64,000 nt of DNA from Gemmatimonadota bacterium (GCA_039588335.1 JBDGZZ010000002.1:2064-66063), one strand, 5' to 3'; positions 37,192 through 47,290 are shown, counted from the first letter of the stretch. A program made the numbers and translations. Notes: generated from the letters alone by a model not told the origin.

Positions 37192-37917
37192 TCACAGGTT
37201 GTTGAAGAACTCGTCCTTCACTTGCCTCATGAGCCGATCTGCGCTCGAGACATTTGGGAAAAACAGGTTATCAGACAGTCGGTTCAGGGCGACTCGTAGT
37301 ATCGTGAACGAGTCTGCTGCGCGGGCATAGATATCCGCCACGTCGAGGTCTTGTGCCAAGCGGTTGCCGGCAGCTTGCCGGAACCCGCGCGCTCCCATCT
37401 CCTCATAGTATTCGAAGTCCGGTCCGCCCTTGCGATGCCTACGGGCAGTGATGTGGTCGGGGAATACTCCCGAGAGCCACAGAGTGAAGTTGCCCAAGTG
37501 TGCCTGCAGCAGGAAGCGCCGTCTGCCTGATTCATTGTCGATGTCGGACACGATGTCGGCCACATACCGATAGGCCTGGTCGTCGTTCATGGCAATCCGG
37601 TACGCGCGGTCTCTAGCTCCAAACTCGTACAACAGGGCACCAACATAGTTACCCAAACGGTTGTCCTCGATCCCTACCCTGCGGAGGGTCTCCCTGACCG
37701 CGACACAGATGAACAGCTGGGGAGACGGTGAACCAAGATCCGGAACACTTCGTAACAGATCGAACAACTCCGGCCGATCGAGCAGCACGTCGAGCCCGTC
37801 TTCCAGCGCAATGCTCTGGAGCTCGCGACGACGGTCTTCATTGCCCCGCGACAGAACTCGCAGAACGAACTCGACGTCGGTGGCCGTAAGACGCTCCTGC
37901 AAGTTGGCGAGGATCAT
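37192..37917 (-). CDS. hypothetical protein
   Basis: Coding-like composition. The ATG at 37917 (MILANLQ...) is preceded by GGAGGA at 6-nt spacing. No motif recognised. Confidence 0.5.
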   Translation of the reverse strand: MILANLQERLTATDVEFVLRVLSRGNEDRRRELQSIALEDGLDVLLDRPELFDLLRSVPDLGSPSPQLFICVAVRETLRRVGIEDNRLGNYVGALLYEFGARDRAYRIAMNDDQAYRYVADIVSDIDNESGRRRFLLQAHLGNFTLWLSGVFPDHITARRHRKGGPDFEYYEEMGARGFRQAAGNRLAQDLDVADIYARAADSFTILRVALNRLSDNLFFPNVSSADRLMRQVKDEFFNNL

Positions 37918-38156
37918 GTCTCGTCCTCCATTGCGTCTCAAACGCAGTTCCATTCCGGCCCTCACCACCACTATATGAGACGGCGGTCTCACATCCTCAT
38001 TATCAGCAACAGAATTCGAGTGCTGACGGATCCCCCCATTCCGTACCCCGAACGCCCCTATCTTCCCCTAAAACCGTCTATATTGGTTACTTCGCGCCAC
38101 CTCCGGTGTACTACTATATCCGAGGTGCGCGGAACATACTGTAGCGAAGGTCACCG

Positions 38157-38909
38157 ATGATCTACGTCTGTTTGCACGTGAACGACGATGCTCCAACCGT
38201 TGGACTGGTGTTGTGGAAGATCCGCCAGGTCATGGAGGTATTCCGCCGGGAATACCACATTCTGGTAGCGGACGACGCTTCCAGTGACGGAACCTCTGAG
38301 ATTCTGGAGCCCTACGAGCGGGCTCTTCCGATGACGATTCGCCGTTCGCCGTATAGCGCGGGATATGCGGCCAGCATCGATGTGCTGATCAGAGAGGCGC
38401 TAGACCGGACCGACCGTCCGCGCAGAGATTGTGTGGTGATCCTGCCTTCAGATTTCAGCGTTTCTCCTGCAGTCTTGCCGGACCTCATCAAGCGGGTGGA
38501 GTCGGGAGCGGACGTAGTAGTCGCGGAAACAAACTTCGAGCGAGCGGGTAGCGGCATGCGCTTGGTCCGCAGACTGGCCCCATGGCTGTTGAAGCCAGGA
38601 GTGCAGCTCAAGGGCTTTCGTGATGTTACGTCCGGAGTTTGCGCCTTTCGCCTGATCACTCTGAGGAGCTGCCTCAAGGAGAGCAAGGGATCCTTGCTCA
38701 ACACCGAGGGCCGTTGCGCCAACGCAGAGCTGTTAGCACGGGCTGCGACCGTGGCTCGACAAATCGCGGTAGTGCCGGTGGAGGCGCAATCTCCAGAAGG
38801 CGCCCACGCCCCGTCGGAGAAGTCACTGTCGCTGGCCCTCAACCTCCACCGGGCCGGGCGAAGACTCAACATTCCACCACCTCGAACAACGGTTCAAAGA
38901 GCCTCATGA
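38157..38909 (+). CDS. glycosyltransferase family 2 protein
   Basis: The GT-A N-terminal pattern ILVADDASSDGTSEIL fits, along with the overall length (250 aa). Confidence 0.7.
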   Translation: MIYVCLHVNDDAPTVGLVLWKIRQVMEVFRREYHILVADDASSDGTSEILEPYERALPMTIRRSPYSAGYAASIDVLIREALDRTDRPRRDCVVILPSDFSVSPAVLPDLIKRVESGADVVVAETNFERAGSGMRLVRRLAPWLLKPGVQLKGFRDVTSGVCAFRLITLRSCLKESKGSLLNTEGRCANAELLARAATVARQIAVVPVEAQSPEGAHAPSEKSLSLALNLHRAGRRLNIPPPRTTVQRAS

Positions 38910-39694
38910 TGCGTATAGCGCTTGCCCTGTTGGCCCTGTCACTCGGGAGTCTCAGCCTGAGAGCCCAGACCGATTCGTCCACTGTGGCCGCCTGGGCCAG
39001 GACATTTCAGGACGAAACTCTCATATACGAAGCCAAGTTCGGTTTCATCACCTTGGGCAGCGGCATGATGCACACCGCTGGCATCGACACCATCCGCGGA
39101 ACGCCGGCGTTGCACGTCGTCTTCGTGCTAAAAGGGGGTGGGTTCATCTACAGTCTGCACGATCGCATGGACTCGTGGATTGGAGTGGAGGACTTTGCTT
39201 CGAGACGTTTCGTGCAGGACTTCCACGAGCAAGGAGACACTCGCCTCACGGTGTGGGACATCTACCCGGATTCGGGATTCTTCGTCCAGGAAGGAGTCGA
39301 CTCGATATTCCCGACCTCGCCCAATCCGCTCGACGATTATGCCTTCTTCTACTTCGCTAGGACCTTGGACCTGCAACCGGGCGACACATTGGAATTCAAC
39401 AATTACTTCCGTCCCGACCGGAACCCGGTGGTCCTCGAGGTTCTCGAGAGAGACACGCTCGATCTGCCCTCAGGAACTTTCCCCAGCATAGTAATCCACC
39501 CAGTCATCCAGGGCAGAGGCATTCTGGCCGAAGGCAAGGAAGCCCGAATGTGGATCAGCGACGACGATCGCCGCCTGATGGTGCAGCTCAAGGTGAAGTT
39601 CTCATTCGCCACAATCACGCTGCGACTCAAGAGCATCGAGGATGCTCCACCACCCGAGATGCTGCTGAAGCCGGGCAAAGAGTCAAACCCCTGA
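38906..39694 (+). CDS. DUF3108-like secreted protein
   Basis: MMRIALALLALSLGSLSLRAQ signal peptide; beta-rich body (YEAKFGFITLGSGMMH...). ATGA overlap with the GT2 stop. Confidence 0.5.
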   Translation: MMRIALALLALSLGSLSLRAQTDSSTVAAWARTFQDETLIYEAKFGFITLGSGMMHTAGIDTIRGTPALHVVFVLKGGGFIYSLHDRMDSWIGVEDFASRRFVQDFHEQGDTRLTVWDIYPDSGFFVQEGVDSIFPTSPNPLDDYAFFYFARTLDLQPGDTLEFNNYFRPDRNPVVLEVLERDTLDLPSGTFPSIVIHPVIQGRGILAEGKEARMWISDDDRRLMVQLKVKFSFATITLRLKSIEDAPPPEMLLKPGKESNP

Positions 39695-39703
39695 CCTAGA
39701 CAT

Positions 39704-39734
39704 AAAAAAAAGGAGCCAGCACGGCAGGCTCCTT
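39704..39734 (-). terminator. rho-independent terminator of the small membrane protein gene (bidirectional shape)
   Basis: Minus strand reads GGAGCC-ugccgugcu-GGCUCC followed by UUUUUUUU, 20 nt after the stop of 39754..39975. Confidence 0.75.
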
Positions 39735-39753
39735 ACCGGCACCCACTCCGAGA

Positions 39754-39975
39754 CTACTCGCTCGCCTCGGCGTTACCGTTTATCGTCTCTTTCACCTTGC
39801 TTGCAGTCTTCGGGCTGATGACTTTAAGTACCAGGTAGACTACGAACCCGATCGCCGCAAGCCATAGTAGCGACGTGAGCAGCGAGAAGGCGAAACCCAG
39901 TACGCCAACGAGCAACTTGAACGCCACCATGCCGATGACAGCGAGTATGGAATACCCAACCAAAGTCCGAGCCAT
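39754..39975 (-). CDS. small membrane protein (two TM helices)
   Basis: 73 aa: ILAVIGMVAFKLLVGVLGFAFSLLTSLLWLAAIGFVVYLVL plus a charged tail. Has its own strong terminator. Confidence 0.6.
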   Translation of the reverse strand: MARTLVGYSILAVIGMVAFKLLVGVLGFAFSLLTSLLWLAAIGFVVYLVLKVISPKTASKVKETINGNAEASE

Positions 39976-40051
39976 GGAATCTCCGTCGCTTGCTTTCTGG
40001 AAGTCTCTACGAAGGTATGTTTAGATAGGTTTCACTGTAAGGTGATCCGAA

Positions 40052-41161
40052 ATGACCCATCCTGACGTCCTGGTTGTTGGAGGCGGAGTCATCGGCGCGG
40101 CGTGCGCCCGCGCGCTTTCGCATCAAGGCACCAAGGTCCTACTCGTCGACTCCGGATCCCAGCGCGGTGCAGCATCTCTAATTGCGGCCGGAATGCTCGC
40201 GCCTCTTGCGGAGGCTGCCGCGCAAGATCCCCTGCTCGGACTGGCTGTCCGTGCTCGAGACCTGTACGTGGAGCTGGCCCCCACCCTGCTAGAGGAAACG
40301 GGCGTAGACATCGGGATATGGAACGAAGGCATCCTGCAGGTAGCCTTCACGGAGGAAGAAGTCGCCAAGACCAAGAGTGAGGTGGCCTGGCAGCGTCAGA
40401 GCGGATTCACCTCAGAGTGGCTGTCACCAGACGAAGTGCGCGAGCAAGCGCCCGGTATATCGGAGGAGGTCCTCGGGGCTGCGTATGCCCCGGAGGACGG
40501 ATCGGTAGATGCAGTTGCACTGCTCGACGCCATGATCAAGAGCGCCGAGGCAAAGGGCACCGAAGTGGTGCGAGACAAGACCGTACAGGACGTCCTCATC
40601 GCGGACGGCCATGTGGAGGGCGTGAAGACGTCGACCGGTACGCTGCACGCCGGCGCGGTGGTCATTGCCGCAGGAGCGTGGGCCGGCACCATCGGAGGAA
40701 TGCCACGTCCGCTGACCGTTGAGCCGATTCGGGGGCAGATAGCGGCACTGGATTGGCCCGTCGAGGAACCGCGTGCCATCGTGTACGGCGCTGGCGGATA
40801 CGTCCTGGCTCACGGTCCCGTGCTACTGGCCGGCTCGACAATGGAGCATGCTGGCTTTGACGCGTCGGTGACGGAAGAAGGTCTGGCACGTATTCAACGG
40901 GCCGCTACCCGCATCTATCCCTCTTTGGAGGGAGGAGAAGTCAAACACAGTTGGGCCGGGCTACGTCCGATGACCCCGGACGGAATGCCCATCGTCGGGC
41001 CCGACCCCCGCGTCGAAGGACTGTGGTACGCAACGGGACATGGCCGTAACGGCATTCTCCTAGCCGGATGCACGGGCGAACTGCTGGCACAACTCCATGC
41101 CGGCCAGACTGTGGATTACGACCTGAGTCCGATCACACCCGCCCGCTTCTGGAACTGGTAG
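40052..41161 (+). CDS. thiO: FAD-dependent glycine oxidase-like oxidoreductase
   Basis: Dinucleotide fold DVLVVGGGVIGAACA, and the C-terminal GHGRNGILLA typical of ThiO/DAO family proteins. Confidence 0.65.
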   Translation: MTHPDVLVVGGGVIGAACARALSHQGTKVLLVDSGSQRGAASLIAAGMLAPLAEAAAQDPLLGLAVRARDLYVELAPTLLEETGVDIGIWNEGILQVAFTEEEVAKTKSEVAWQRQSGFTSEWLSPDEVREQAPGISEEVLGAAYAPEDGSVDAVALLDAMIKSAEAKGTEVVRDKTVQDVLIADGHVEGVKTSTGTLHAGAVVIAAGAWAGTIGGMPRPLTVEPIRGQIAALDWPVEEPRAIVYGAGGYVLAHGPVLLAGSTMEHAGFDASVTEEGLARIQRAATRIYPSLEGGEVKHSWAGLRPMTPDGMPIVGPDPRVEGLWYATGHGRNGILLAGCTGELLAQLHAGQTVDYDLSPITPARFWNW

Positions 41162-41186
41162 ATAACGAGCCCTCAGGCTGCTGTTT

Positions 41187-41218
41187 GTCCATTTTCAACC
41201 AAATGGTTGAAAATGGAC
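41187..41218. repeat. perfect 14-bp inverted repeat (GTCCATTTTCAACC-aaat-GGTTGAAAATGGAC)
   Basis: Read directly from the sequence. AT-rich in a GC-rich genome. Overlaps a possible lipA promoter (TTGTCC-N17-GAAAAT) and the first candidate lipA start codons. Confidence 0.8.
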
Positions 41219-42181
41219 GATTCGCGCTGGTATAGGTACTCGCCGGTGGGTATGTTTACGACCGCCATGGATCCTGTCCAACTAACTACCGCCCACGCCA
41301 AGGCCCCGGCCGCGATCCCTGAACGCAAGCCGCCGTGGCTCAAGGTGAAGGCTCCCGGAGGGCAGAACTACGCCGAGGTACGGCGGCTGATGCGCGAGCT
41401 GAGGCTCCACACAGTGTGCGAGGAGGCTCATTGCCCCAACGTGGGTGAATGTTGGAACCATCGCGCAGCAACTTTCATGATCCTGGGAGATGTTTGCACG
41501 CGCAACTGCGCCTACTGCGCGGTGGCTCATGGCACGCCGCCGCAATACGACCCTGATGAGCCTGTACGGCTAGCCGAAGCCGTCACAGCGATGAAGTTGG
41601 AGCACGTCGTCATTACCAGTGTAGACAGGGATGACTTGCCAGATGGCGGTGCCGAGATCTTCGCAGGCTGCGTGCAGGAGATAAGGAATCGGCTCCCGAA
41701 CACTTCAGTCGAGGTTCTCATCCCCGACTTCAAGGGTTCAGACCGCGCGCTTGGAGTCGTGCTCGACGCCGAGCCCCATATTCTCAACCACAACTTGGAA
41801 ACTGTGGAGAGGCTGTACCCTCTGGTGCGGCCAGGGGGCCGCTACCTCCGGGCGCTTCGCCTGCTGCGCCGGGCCAAAGAGATCAAGCCCGGGCAGCTCA
41901 CCAAGTCAGGTATCATCTGTGGCATGGGGGAGGAATGGGATGAACTGTTGGGAGCGATGAGTGCCCTGCGTTCCGTGGATGTGGACATCATTACCTTGGG
42001 TCAGTACCTGCGCCCTTCTGGGAGTCATCTGGCGGTGTCGCGGTTTTACACGCCCGAAGAGTTCGACCAACTCAGGAGCAAGGGTCTGGAGATCGGATTC
42101 AAGCACGTTGAGGCCGGTCCACTAGTACGGTCGTCATACCACGCCTGGGATCAAGCCAAACAAGCGACAGCAGCAGTCTGA
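41207..42181 (+). CDS. lipA: lipoyl synthase
   Basis: KPPWLKVKAP...LHTVCEEAHCPNVGECW and the radical-SAM motif CTRNCAYC. The true start is probably the ATG at 41252 or 41267 rather than the TTG at 41207. Confidence 0.9.
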   Translation: MKMDDSRWYRYSPVGMFTTAMDPVQLTTAHAKAPAAIPERKPPWLKVKAPGGQNYAEVRRLMRELRLHTVCEEAHCPNVGECWNHRAATFMILGDVCTRNCAYCAVAHGTPPQYDPDEPVRLAEAVTAMKLEHVVITSVDRDDLPDGGAEIFAGCVQEIRNRLPNTSVEVLIPDFKGSDRALGVVLDAEPHILNHNLETVERLYPLVRPGGRYLRALRLLRRAKEIKPGQLTKSGIICGMGEEWDELLGAMSALRSVDVDIITLGQYLRPSGSHLAVSRFYTPEEFDQLRSKGLEIGFKHVEAGPLVRSSYHAWDQAKQATAAV

Positions 42182-42202
42182 GACACTTCTGGAGACATAT
42201 AG

Positions 42203-43201
42203 ATGGCGCAGTCAGCTAAGGTATCAAAGCTCGACACAGATCGGGTGGAATTCTACACGGAACTCCTGCGGCAGATGTGTCTCATCCGGCGCTTCGAGGA
42301 ACGTGCAGGTGAGTCATATGCCTTGGGCAAGATCGGAGGGTTCTGCCACCTTTACATCGGCCAAGAGGCGGTGGCGGTGGGTGCGATTGCCGCACTCCAT
42401 AGAGACGATTACGTGATGGGGAGCTATCGCGACCACGGTCACGCCCTGGCTCTGGGCATGACTTCCCGCAGCGTGATGGCAGAGCTATACGGCAAGGTCA
42501 CCGGCTGTTCACGTGGCAAGGGCGGCTCCATGCACCTATTCAGCGTGGAACGCCAGTATCTAGGTGGGCATGCTATCGTGGGTGGCCATATCCCATTGGT
42601 CACAGGGGCTGCCTTCGCAATCAAGTATCGCGGAGAGCACAGGGTCGCACTTGGTTTCTTTGGAGAAGCCGCCGTCAACAACGGTGCGTTTCATGAGGCA
42701 CTCAACATGGCTGCCGTCTGGAAGCTCCCTGCGATTTTCGTTGCCGAGAACAACCGTTACGGCATGGGCACGGCAACGGAACGTGCTTCGGCAGTGTACG
42801 ACGTGGCCACCCGCGCCTGCTCCTACGACATGGACCAAGAGATGGTCGATGGCATGGATGTTCTGGCTGTACATGGGGCAGTGTCACGTGCGATCGATCG
42901 TGCCCGAGAGGAAAAACTTCCGACTCTCGTCGAAGCCCGAACATATCGCTTCATGGGGCACTCGATGTCCGACCCCATCCACGGTCACTATCGAACCAAG
43001 GAAGAAATCGAGGAGCAGAGAAAAAAGGATCCTCTCCATTGGTTCCAGCACCGTCTCATGGAGGATGGTCTGCTCTCTGTCGAGCAATACGACGAGATGG
43101 AGCAACAGATAGCCGCAGAACTGGACGACGCCGTTGCCTTCGCCGATGAGAGCGCCGACCCCGACCCGTACGAACTCTACACCGACGTGTACCGGGACTG
43201 A
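42203..43201 (+). CDS. pdhA: pyruvate dehydrogenase E1 component alpha subunit
   Basis: TPP-binding region GGHIPLVTGAAFA...FFGEAAVNNGAFHEALNMAAVWKLPAIFVAENNRYGMGT. Confidence 0.9.
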   Translation: MAQSAKVSKLDTDRVEFYTELLRQMCLIRRFEERAGESYALGKIGGFCHLYIGQEAVAVGAIAALHRDDYVMGSYRDHGHALALGMTSRSVMAELYGKVTGCSRGKGGSMHLFSVERQYLGGHAIVGGHIPLVTGAAFAIKYRGEHRVALGFFGEAAVNNGAFHEALNMAAVWKLPAIFVAENNRYGMGTATERASAVYDVATRACSYDMDQEMVDGMDVLAVHGAVSRAIDRAREEKLPTLVEARTYRFMGHSMSDPIHGHYRTKEEIEEQRKKDPLHWFQHRLMEDGLLSVEQYDEMEQQIAAELDDAVAFADESADPDPYELYTDVYRD

Positions 43202-43202
43202 T

Positions 43203-44186
43203 ATGCCGACCATCACTTACCGCGATGCATTGAACCAAGCGCTCCAAGAGGAGATGGAGCGCGACCCTGACGTTTTTCTAATGGGTGAGGAAGTGGGTGT
43301 CTACCAGGGCGCGTACAAGGTGAGCCGGGGGCTGCTGGACAAGTTCGGCGAGCAGAGAGTCGTGGACACCCCTATTACAGAGCTGGGCTTCGCGGGTGTG
43401 GGCGTGGGGGCAGCGATGGTTGGCCTCCGGCCGGTCATCGAATTCATGACGTGGAACTTCGCCTTGCTCGCGGTAGACCAGATCGTGAATTCGGCGGCCA
43501 AGATGCTCTATATGTCGGGCGGCCAGATCGGGGTGCCCATCGTCTTTCGAGGACCGGGCGGTGCGGCCTTGCAGTTGGCCGCCCAACATTCACAGGCGTT
43601 CGACAGCTGGTATGCCCACGTTCCGGGGCTCAAAGTCGTCGCTCCGTCGACACCGTACGATGCGAAGGGACTGCTCAAATCGGCGATCAGAGATGACAAC
43701 CCCGTCATCTTCCTCGAGGGCGAGATGATGTACAACGCCAAGGGCGACGTTCCGGAAGGCGAATACACTCTCCCAATAGGACTGGCCGAAGTGAAGCTGG
43801 AGGGATCGGACGTGACCCTGGTGTGCCATGCCAAAACTGTTTCAGTGGCGCAGAAGGCGGCCCATCAGCTAACGGACGAATATGGGATCTCCGCTGAAAT
43901 CGTGGACCTACGCACTATACGGCCGCTGGATGTGGATACCATCATCGACAGCGTTACGAAGACCAATAGGTGCGTGGTCGTCGAAGAAGGCTGGCCTTTT
44001 TGCGGCATTGGAGCGCAGGTGGTCGACTACATACAGCTTCATGCTTTCGACCATCTGGATGCGCCCGTGCAACGAGTGACACAGGCTGACGTGCCGATTC
44101 CGTATAACAAACGGTTGGAGAAGGCTGCCAAACCCAGCCCGGAGCGGGTGGTCGAGGCGGTTAAGCAGATCACTTACCTGGACTGA
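43203..44186 (+). CDS. pdhB: pyruvate dehydrogenase E1 component beta subunit
   Basis: MPTITYRDALNQAL...VFLMGEEVG.YQGAYKVS.GL...DTPITE is a typical E1-beta N-terminus. The ATG lies 2 nt after the pdhA stop. Confidence 0.9.
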   Translation: MPTITYRDALNQALQEEMERDPDVFLMGEEVGVYQGAYKVSRGLLDKFGEQRVVDTPITELGFAGVGVGAAMVGLRPVIEFMTWNFALLAVDQIVNSAAKMLYMSGGQIGVPIVFRGPGGAALQLAAQHSQAFDSWYAHVPGLKVVAPSTPYDAKGLLKSAIRDDNPVIFLEGEMMYNAKGDVPEGEYTLPIGLAEVKLEGSDVTLVCHAKTVSVAQKAAHQLTDEYGISAEIVDLRTIRPLDVDTIIDSVTKTNRCVVVEEGWPFCGIGAQVVDYIQLHAFDHLDAPVQRVTQADVPIPYNKRLEKAAKPSPERVVEAVKQITYLD

Positions 44187-44205
44187 CCAGCAACACGGAT
44201 CCGAG

Positions 44206-45432
44206 ATGGCGACCAAAGTCTACATGGAAGCGCTCTCTCCGACGATGGAGGAGGGACGCATCGTAAACTGGCTCAAGAAAGAAGGAGACCCGGTCACGGA
44301 TGGGGATATCCTGGCTGAAGTTGAGACCGACAAGGCCATCATGGAACTGCAGGCCCGTGGCGAGGGCACGCTGCGCAAAGTGCTCGCCGAGGACGGATCG
44401 ACCGTTGAAGTCGGCACACTAATCGGAGTGATAGCAGCGGCCGATGAGGACATCACCTCTATTCTGGAGAAAACAGGAGCTGTGGCAGGCGCTGCAGAGC
44501 CGGCGACGGGGGACGGTGTCACTTCGGGCAGTGTGGCGCCCGTTGCAGCGGTAGCGATGCCGGCAACCGCCCAACAGACGTTGGCCCCTGAAGATCGCGT
44601 CAAGTCATCACCGTTAGCTCGCCGCCTCGCTAGGGAGAGACAGATCGATCTCCGTGTCGTTCAAGGCACGGGGCCCGGCGGTCGGATCACCAAGCGAGAT
44701 GTGGAGGCGTCTGTACCAGGTGCACGCCACGTCGTTTCCACGACAGGACCCGCGTACGAGGACAAGCCACTTACGCAGATCCGCAAGACGATAGCGACGC
44801 GTCTGGCAGCATCAATCGGCCCGGTTCCACACTTCTTTCTGACCGCAGAAATTGACATGGAGCGTACGGCTGAAGCGCGGGAAGCACTGAATGCCATTAA
44901 GGATGCACCACGAGTCTCATTCAACGACATCATCATAAAAGTCGTGGCCGAGGCGCTGCGTCAGCATCCGGAGTGCAACGCATGGTGGCAGGACGACTAC
45001 ATCCGCTATTTCAATGAGGTGCACATTTCGATGGCCGTGAGCGTAGAAGAAGGTCTGATCACGCCGGTCATACGAAATGCGCACGTCAAGTCTCTGCGCG
45101 AGATCGCATCAGAGGGACGCGAGCTTGCACAGCGGGCACGGGAGCGAAGACTCAGGCCCGAGGAATACTACGGAGGTACGTTCTCGATCTCGAATCTGGG
45201 AATGTTCGACATCGACCAGTTCACAGCGGTGATCAACCCACCCGAGGCCGGCATCCTAGCGGTCGGGTCCGTCGCCGATCGCCCCGTGATCGTAAACGGG
45301 GAAGTAACCGTACGCAAACGAATGCGGGTCACTATGAGCTGCGATCATCGGGTCATCGATGGTGCAACAGGTGCGCGTTTCCTACAGACAGTGAGACGCA
45401 TGTTGGAGAACCCACTAGCGCTTGTGTGGTAG
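44206..45432 (+). CDS. pdhC: dihydrolipoamide acetyltransferase (E2)
   Basis: Lipoyl domain EVETDKAIMEL, E3-binding domain SSPLARRLARE, and the catalytic SCDHRVIDGA. Confidence 0.9.
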   Translation: MATKVYMEALSPTMEEGRIVNWLKKEGDPVTDGDILAEVETDKAIMELQARGEGTLRKVLAEDGSTVEVGTLIGVIAAADEDITSILEKTGAVAGAAEPATGDGVTSGSVAPVAAVAMPATAQQTLAPEDRVKSSPLARRLARERQIDLRVVQGTGPGGRITKRDVEASVPGARHVVSTTGPAYEDKPLTQIRKTIATRLAASIGPVPHFFLTAEIDMERTAEAREALNAIKDAPRVSFNDIIIKVVAEALRQHPECNAWWQDDYIRYFNEVHISMAVSVEEGLITPVIRNAHVKSLREIASEGRELAQRARERRLRPEEYYGGTFSISNLGMFDIDQFTAVINPPEAGILAVGSVADRPVIVNGEVTVRKRMRVTMSCDHRVIDGATGARFLQTVRRMLENPLALVW

Positions 45433-45484
45433 TCGCTGGCGGTTCCACATTCACAGCTAACGATCACAGACCGGACACTGAGCC

Positions 45485-46879
45485 GTGCCAGACAACTTTG
45501 ACGTAATCATCCTAGGCGGTGGTCCCGCTGGATACGTTTGCGCGATTCGAGCTAGCCAACTAGGGCTCAACACAGCCGTGGTCGAACGCGACAAATTGGG
45601 CGGCGTATGTGTGAATGTCGGGTGCATCCCCAGCAAAGCGCTGCTACATAGTGCGTATGTTGCCAACCTCATCAGCCATGATGCCGAGACTCTGGGCATC
45701 GAAGTCGGCAGCGTGAAGCTCAATTTCGGAGCAGCGATCAAGCATTCACGCCAAGTGAGCGAACAGAACTCGAAGGGCGTAGGGTTCCTGTTGAAGAAGA
45801 ACAAGGTCACGGTCCTCTCAGGAGAGGGCCACCTCCAGCCTGGCAAGAAGGTACGGGTGGGAGACAAGACCTATACCGCCAATAAGGGTGTCGTCATAGC
45901 AACGGGCAGCAGAGTGAAGGGCCTGCCGCAAGTAGGGCTCGAGATTGACAGAACCCTCGTGATCTCGACCGATGAGGCGCTATTCCTCAAGGACGCACCC
46001 GAGTCGATCGCGATCGTTGGTGCGGGGGCCGTGGGCATGGAGTTCGCTGATATCTTCAACGCGTTTGGCTCCAAGGTTTCAATAATTGAGGTACTGCCCC
46101 GCATCCTCCCGCTCGAGGACGCCGACTCGTCGGCAGCTCTCAGTCGCGCCTACAAGAAACGAAGGATAGAGGTTTTGGCAGGAGCGGGAGTGAAGGGCGC
46201 AAAGGTGGCGAAGACGAGCGTCACGCTCGAGATCGAGAAGGATGGCAAAGCGAAGAGTATCGAAGTCGAGAAGGTACTCATAGCGGCCGGGCGGGGCCTC
46301 AACGTCGAGAGAATCGGCCTGGAAGAAGTCGGTGTGAAGTTGGGTGGTGATGGGTTCGTCAAAGTCGATGGAAATCTCCAGACCACGGCAAAGGGATACT
46401 ATTGCATAGGAGACATCGCGGGACCACCTATGCTGGCCCATAAGGGCAGTCGCGAAGGCGTGTTCGTTGCCGAGCTGATGGCCGGCAAGAAACCGCACCC
46501 GATCAAGTATGACAACATACCGAGCGTCACATACTGCCATCCCGAAGTTGCCAGTATTGGGCTCACTGAAGACCAGTGCAACGAGAAGAAGCTGGATTAT
46601 GTCGTAGGCAAGTTCCCGCTCACGGCAAACGGAAGAGCGCGGGCCGCCATGGAGACAGACGGATTCGTCAAGATCATCCGTGAAAAGAAGTACAGTGAGA
46701 TACTCGGTGCGCACATCGTCGCATCACACGCAAGCGAGCTGATTCACGAACTCGTCGTGGCCCGAGAGAACGAGTACACCGTGGAGGAAGTGGACCTCGC
46801 GATTCATGCCCACCCCACGTTGTCAGAGGCCGTGGCCGAAGCCGCGCTCGATTCGCTGGGTCGCGTGATCCACACCTGA
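45485..46879 (+). CDS. lpdA: dihydrolipoyl dehydrogenase (E3)
   Basis: GGGPAGYVCA, the redox disulfide GGVCVNVGCIPSK, and the C-terminal HAHPTLSEA. Confidence 0.95.
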   Translation: MPDNFDVIILGGGPAGYVCAIRASQLGLNTAVVERDKLGGVCVNVGCIPSKALLHSAYVANLISHDAETLGIEVGSVKLNFGAAIKHSRQVSEQNSKGVGFLLKKNKVTVLSGEGHLQPGKKVRVGDKTYTANKGVVIATGSRVKGLPQVGLEIDRTLVISTDEALFLKDAPESIAIVGAGAVGMEFADIFNAFGSKVSIIEVLPRILPLEDADSSAALSRAYKKRRIEVLAGAGVKGAKVAKTSVTLEIEKDGKAKSIEVEKVLIAAGRGLNVERIGLEEVGVKLGGDGFVKVDGNLQTTAKGYYCIGDIAGPPMLAHKGSREGVFVAELMAGKKPHPIKYDNIPSVTYCHPEVASIGLTEDQCNEKKLDYVVGKFPLTANGRARAAMETDGFVKIIREKKYSEILGAHIVASHASELIHELVVARENEYTVEEVDLAIHAHPTLSEAVAEAALDSLGRVIHT

Positions 46880-46882
46880 CAA

Positions 46883-47290
46883 TTGCCCGGCACGAAGGAT
46901 CCCGTCGGCCTCACCCTAGCCAGCCTCGCTGCGGGCTCCACTACAGGAGCCGCAACAATTACTGCAGGTATGATCGGGCTCCGAACCCTGCAGTCCTCGC
47001 GCGGCGCGGAGCAATCGGTCGATATCGGCTTCGCCGTGATCTGGGGCTCTCTCATTCTCGGCATAACCGCCGCGGTGATCACGGGCTGGACACTCACAAG
47101 GACGCTCGATGATACCTGGCGCCGTGGTGTTGTGGGAGCGCTCTCCGTGTTCGGTACGGCATTGCTCTCAGCGCTAGGGATGCCGGCTGACATGCTGGGC
47201 GGCCGGGCTGGACTCATAGTCTACCTTTTCGCAATGCTCACCGCCGCGATATATACGCACTCCGTAGCACGCCGCGCCGCATCAACATGA
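46883..47290 (+). CDS. membrane protein of unknown function
   Basis: 135 aa with 3-4 hydrophobic segments. Starts 3 nt after lpd and has an ATGA overlap with lipB. Confidence 0.45.
   Translation: MPGTKDPVGLTLASLAAGSTTGAATITAGMIGLRTLQSSRGAEQSVDIGFAVIWGSLILGITAAVITGWTLTRTLDDTWRRGVVGALSVFGTALLSALGMPADMLGGRAGLIVYLFAMLTAAIYTHSVARRAAST

Noticed and set aside
39976-40051. Possible TPP riboswitch upstream of thiO
   Set aside because: The spacer is only ~76 nt and lacks the CUGAGA / ACCUGAUCUGGAUAAUGCCAGCG-type core.
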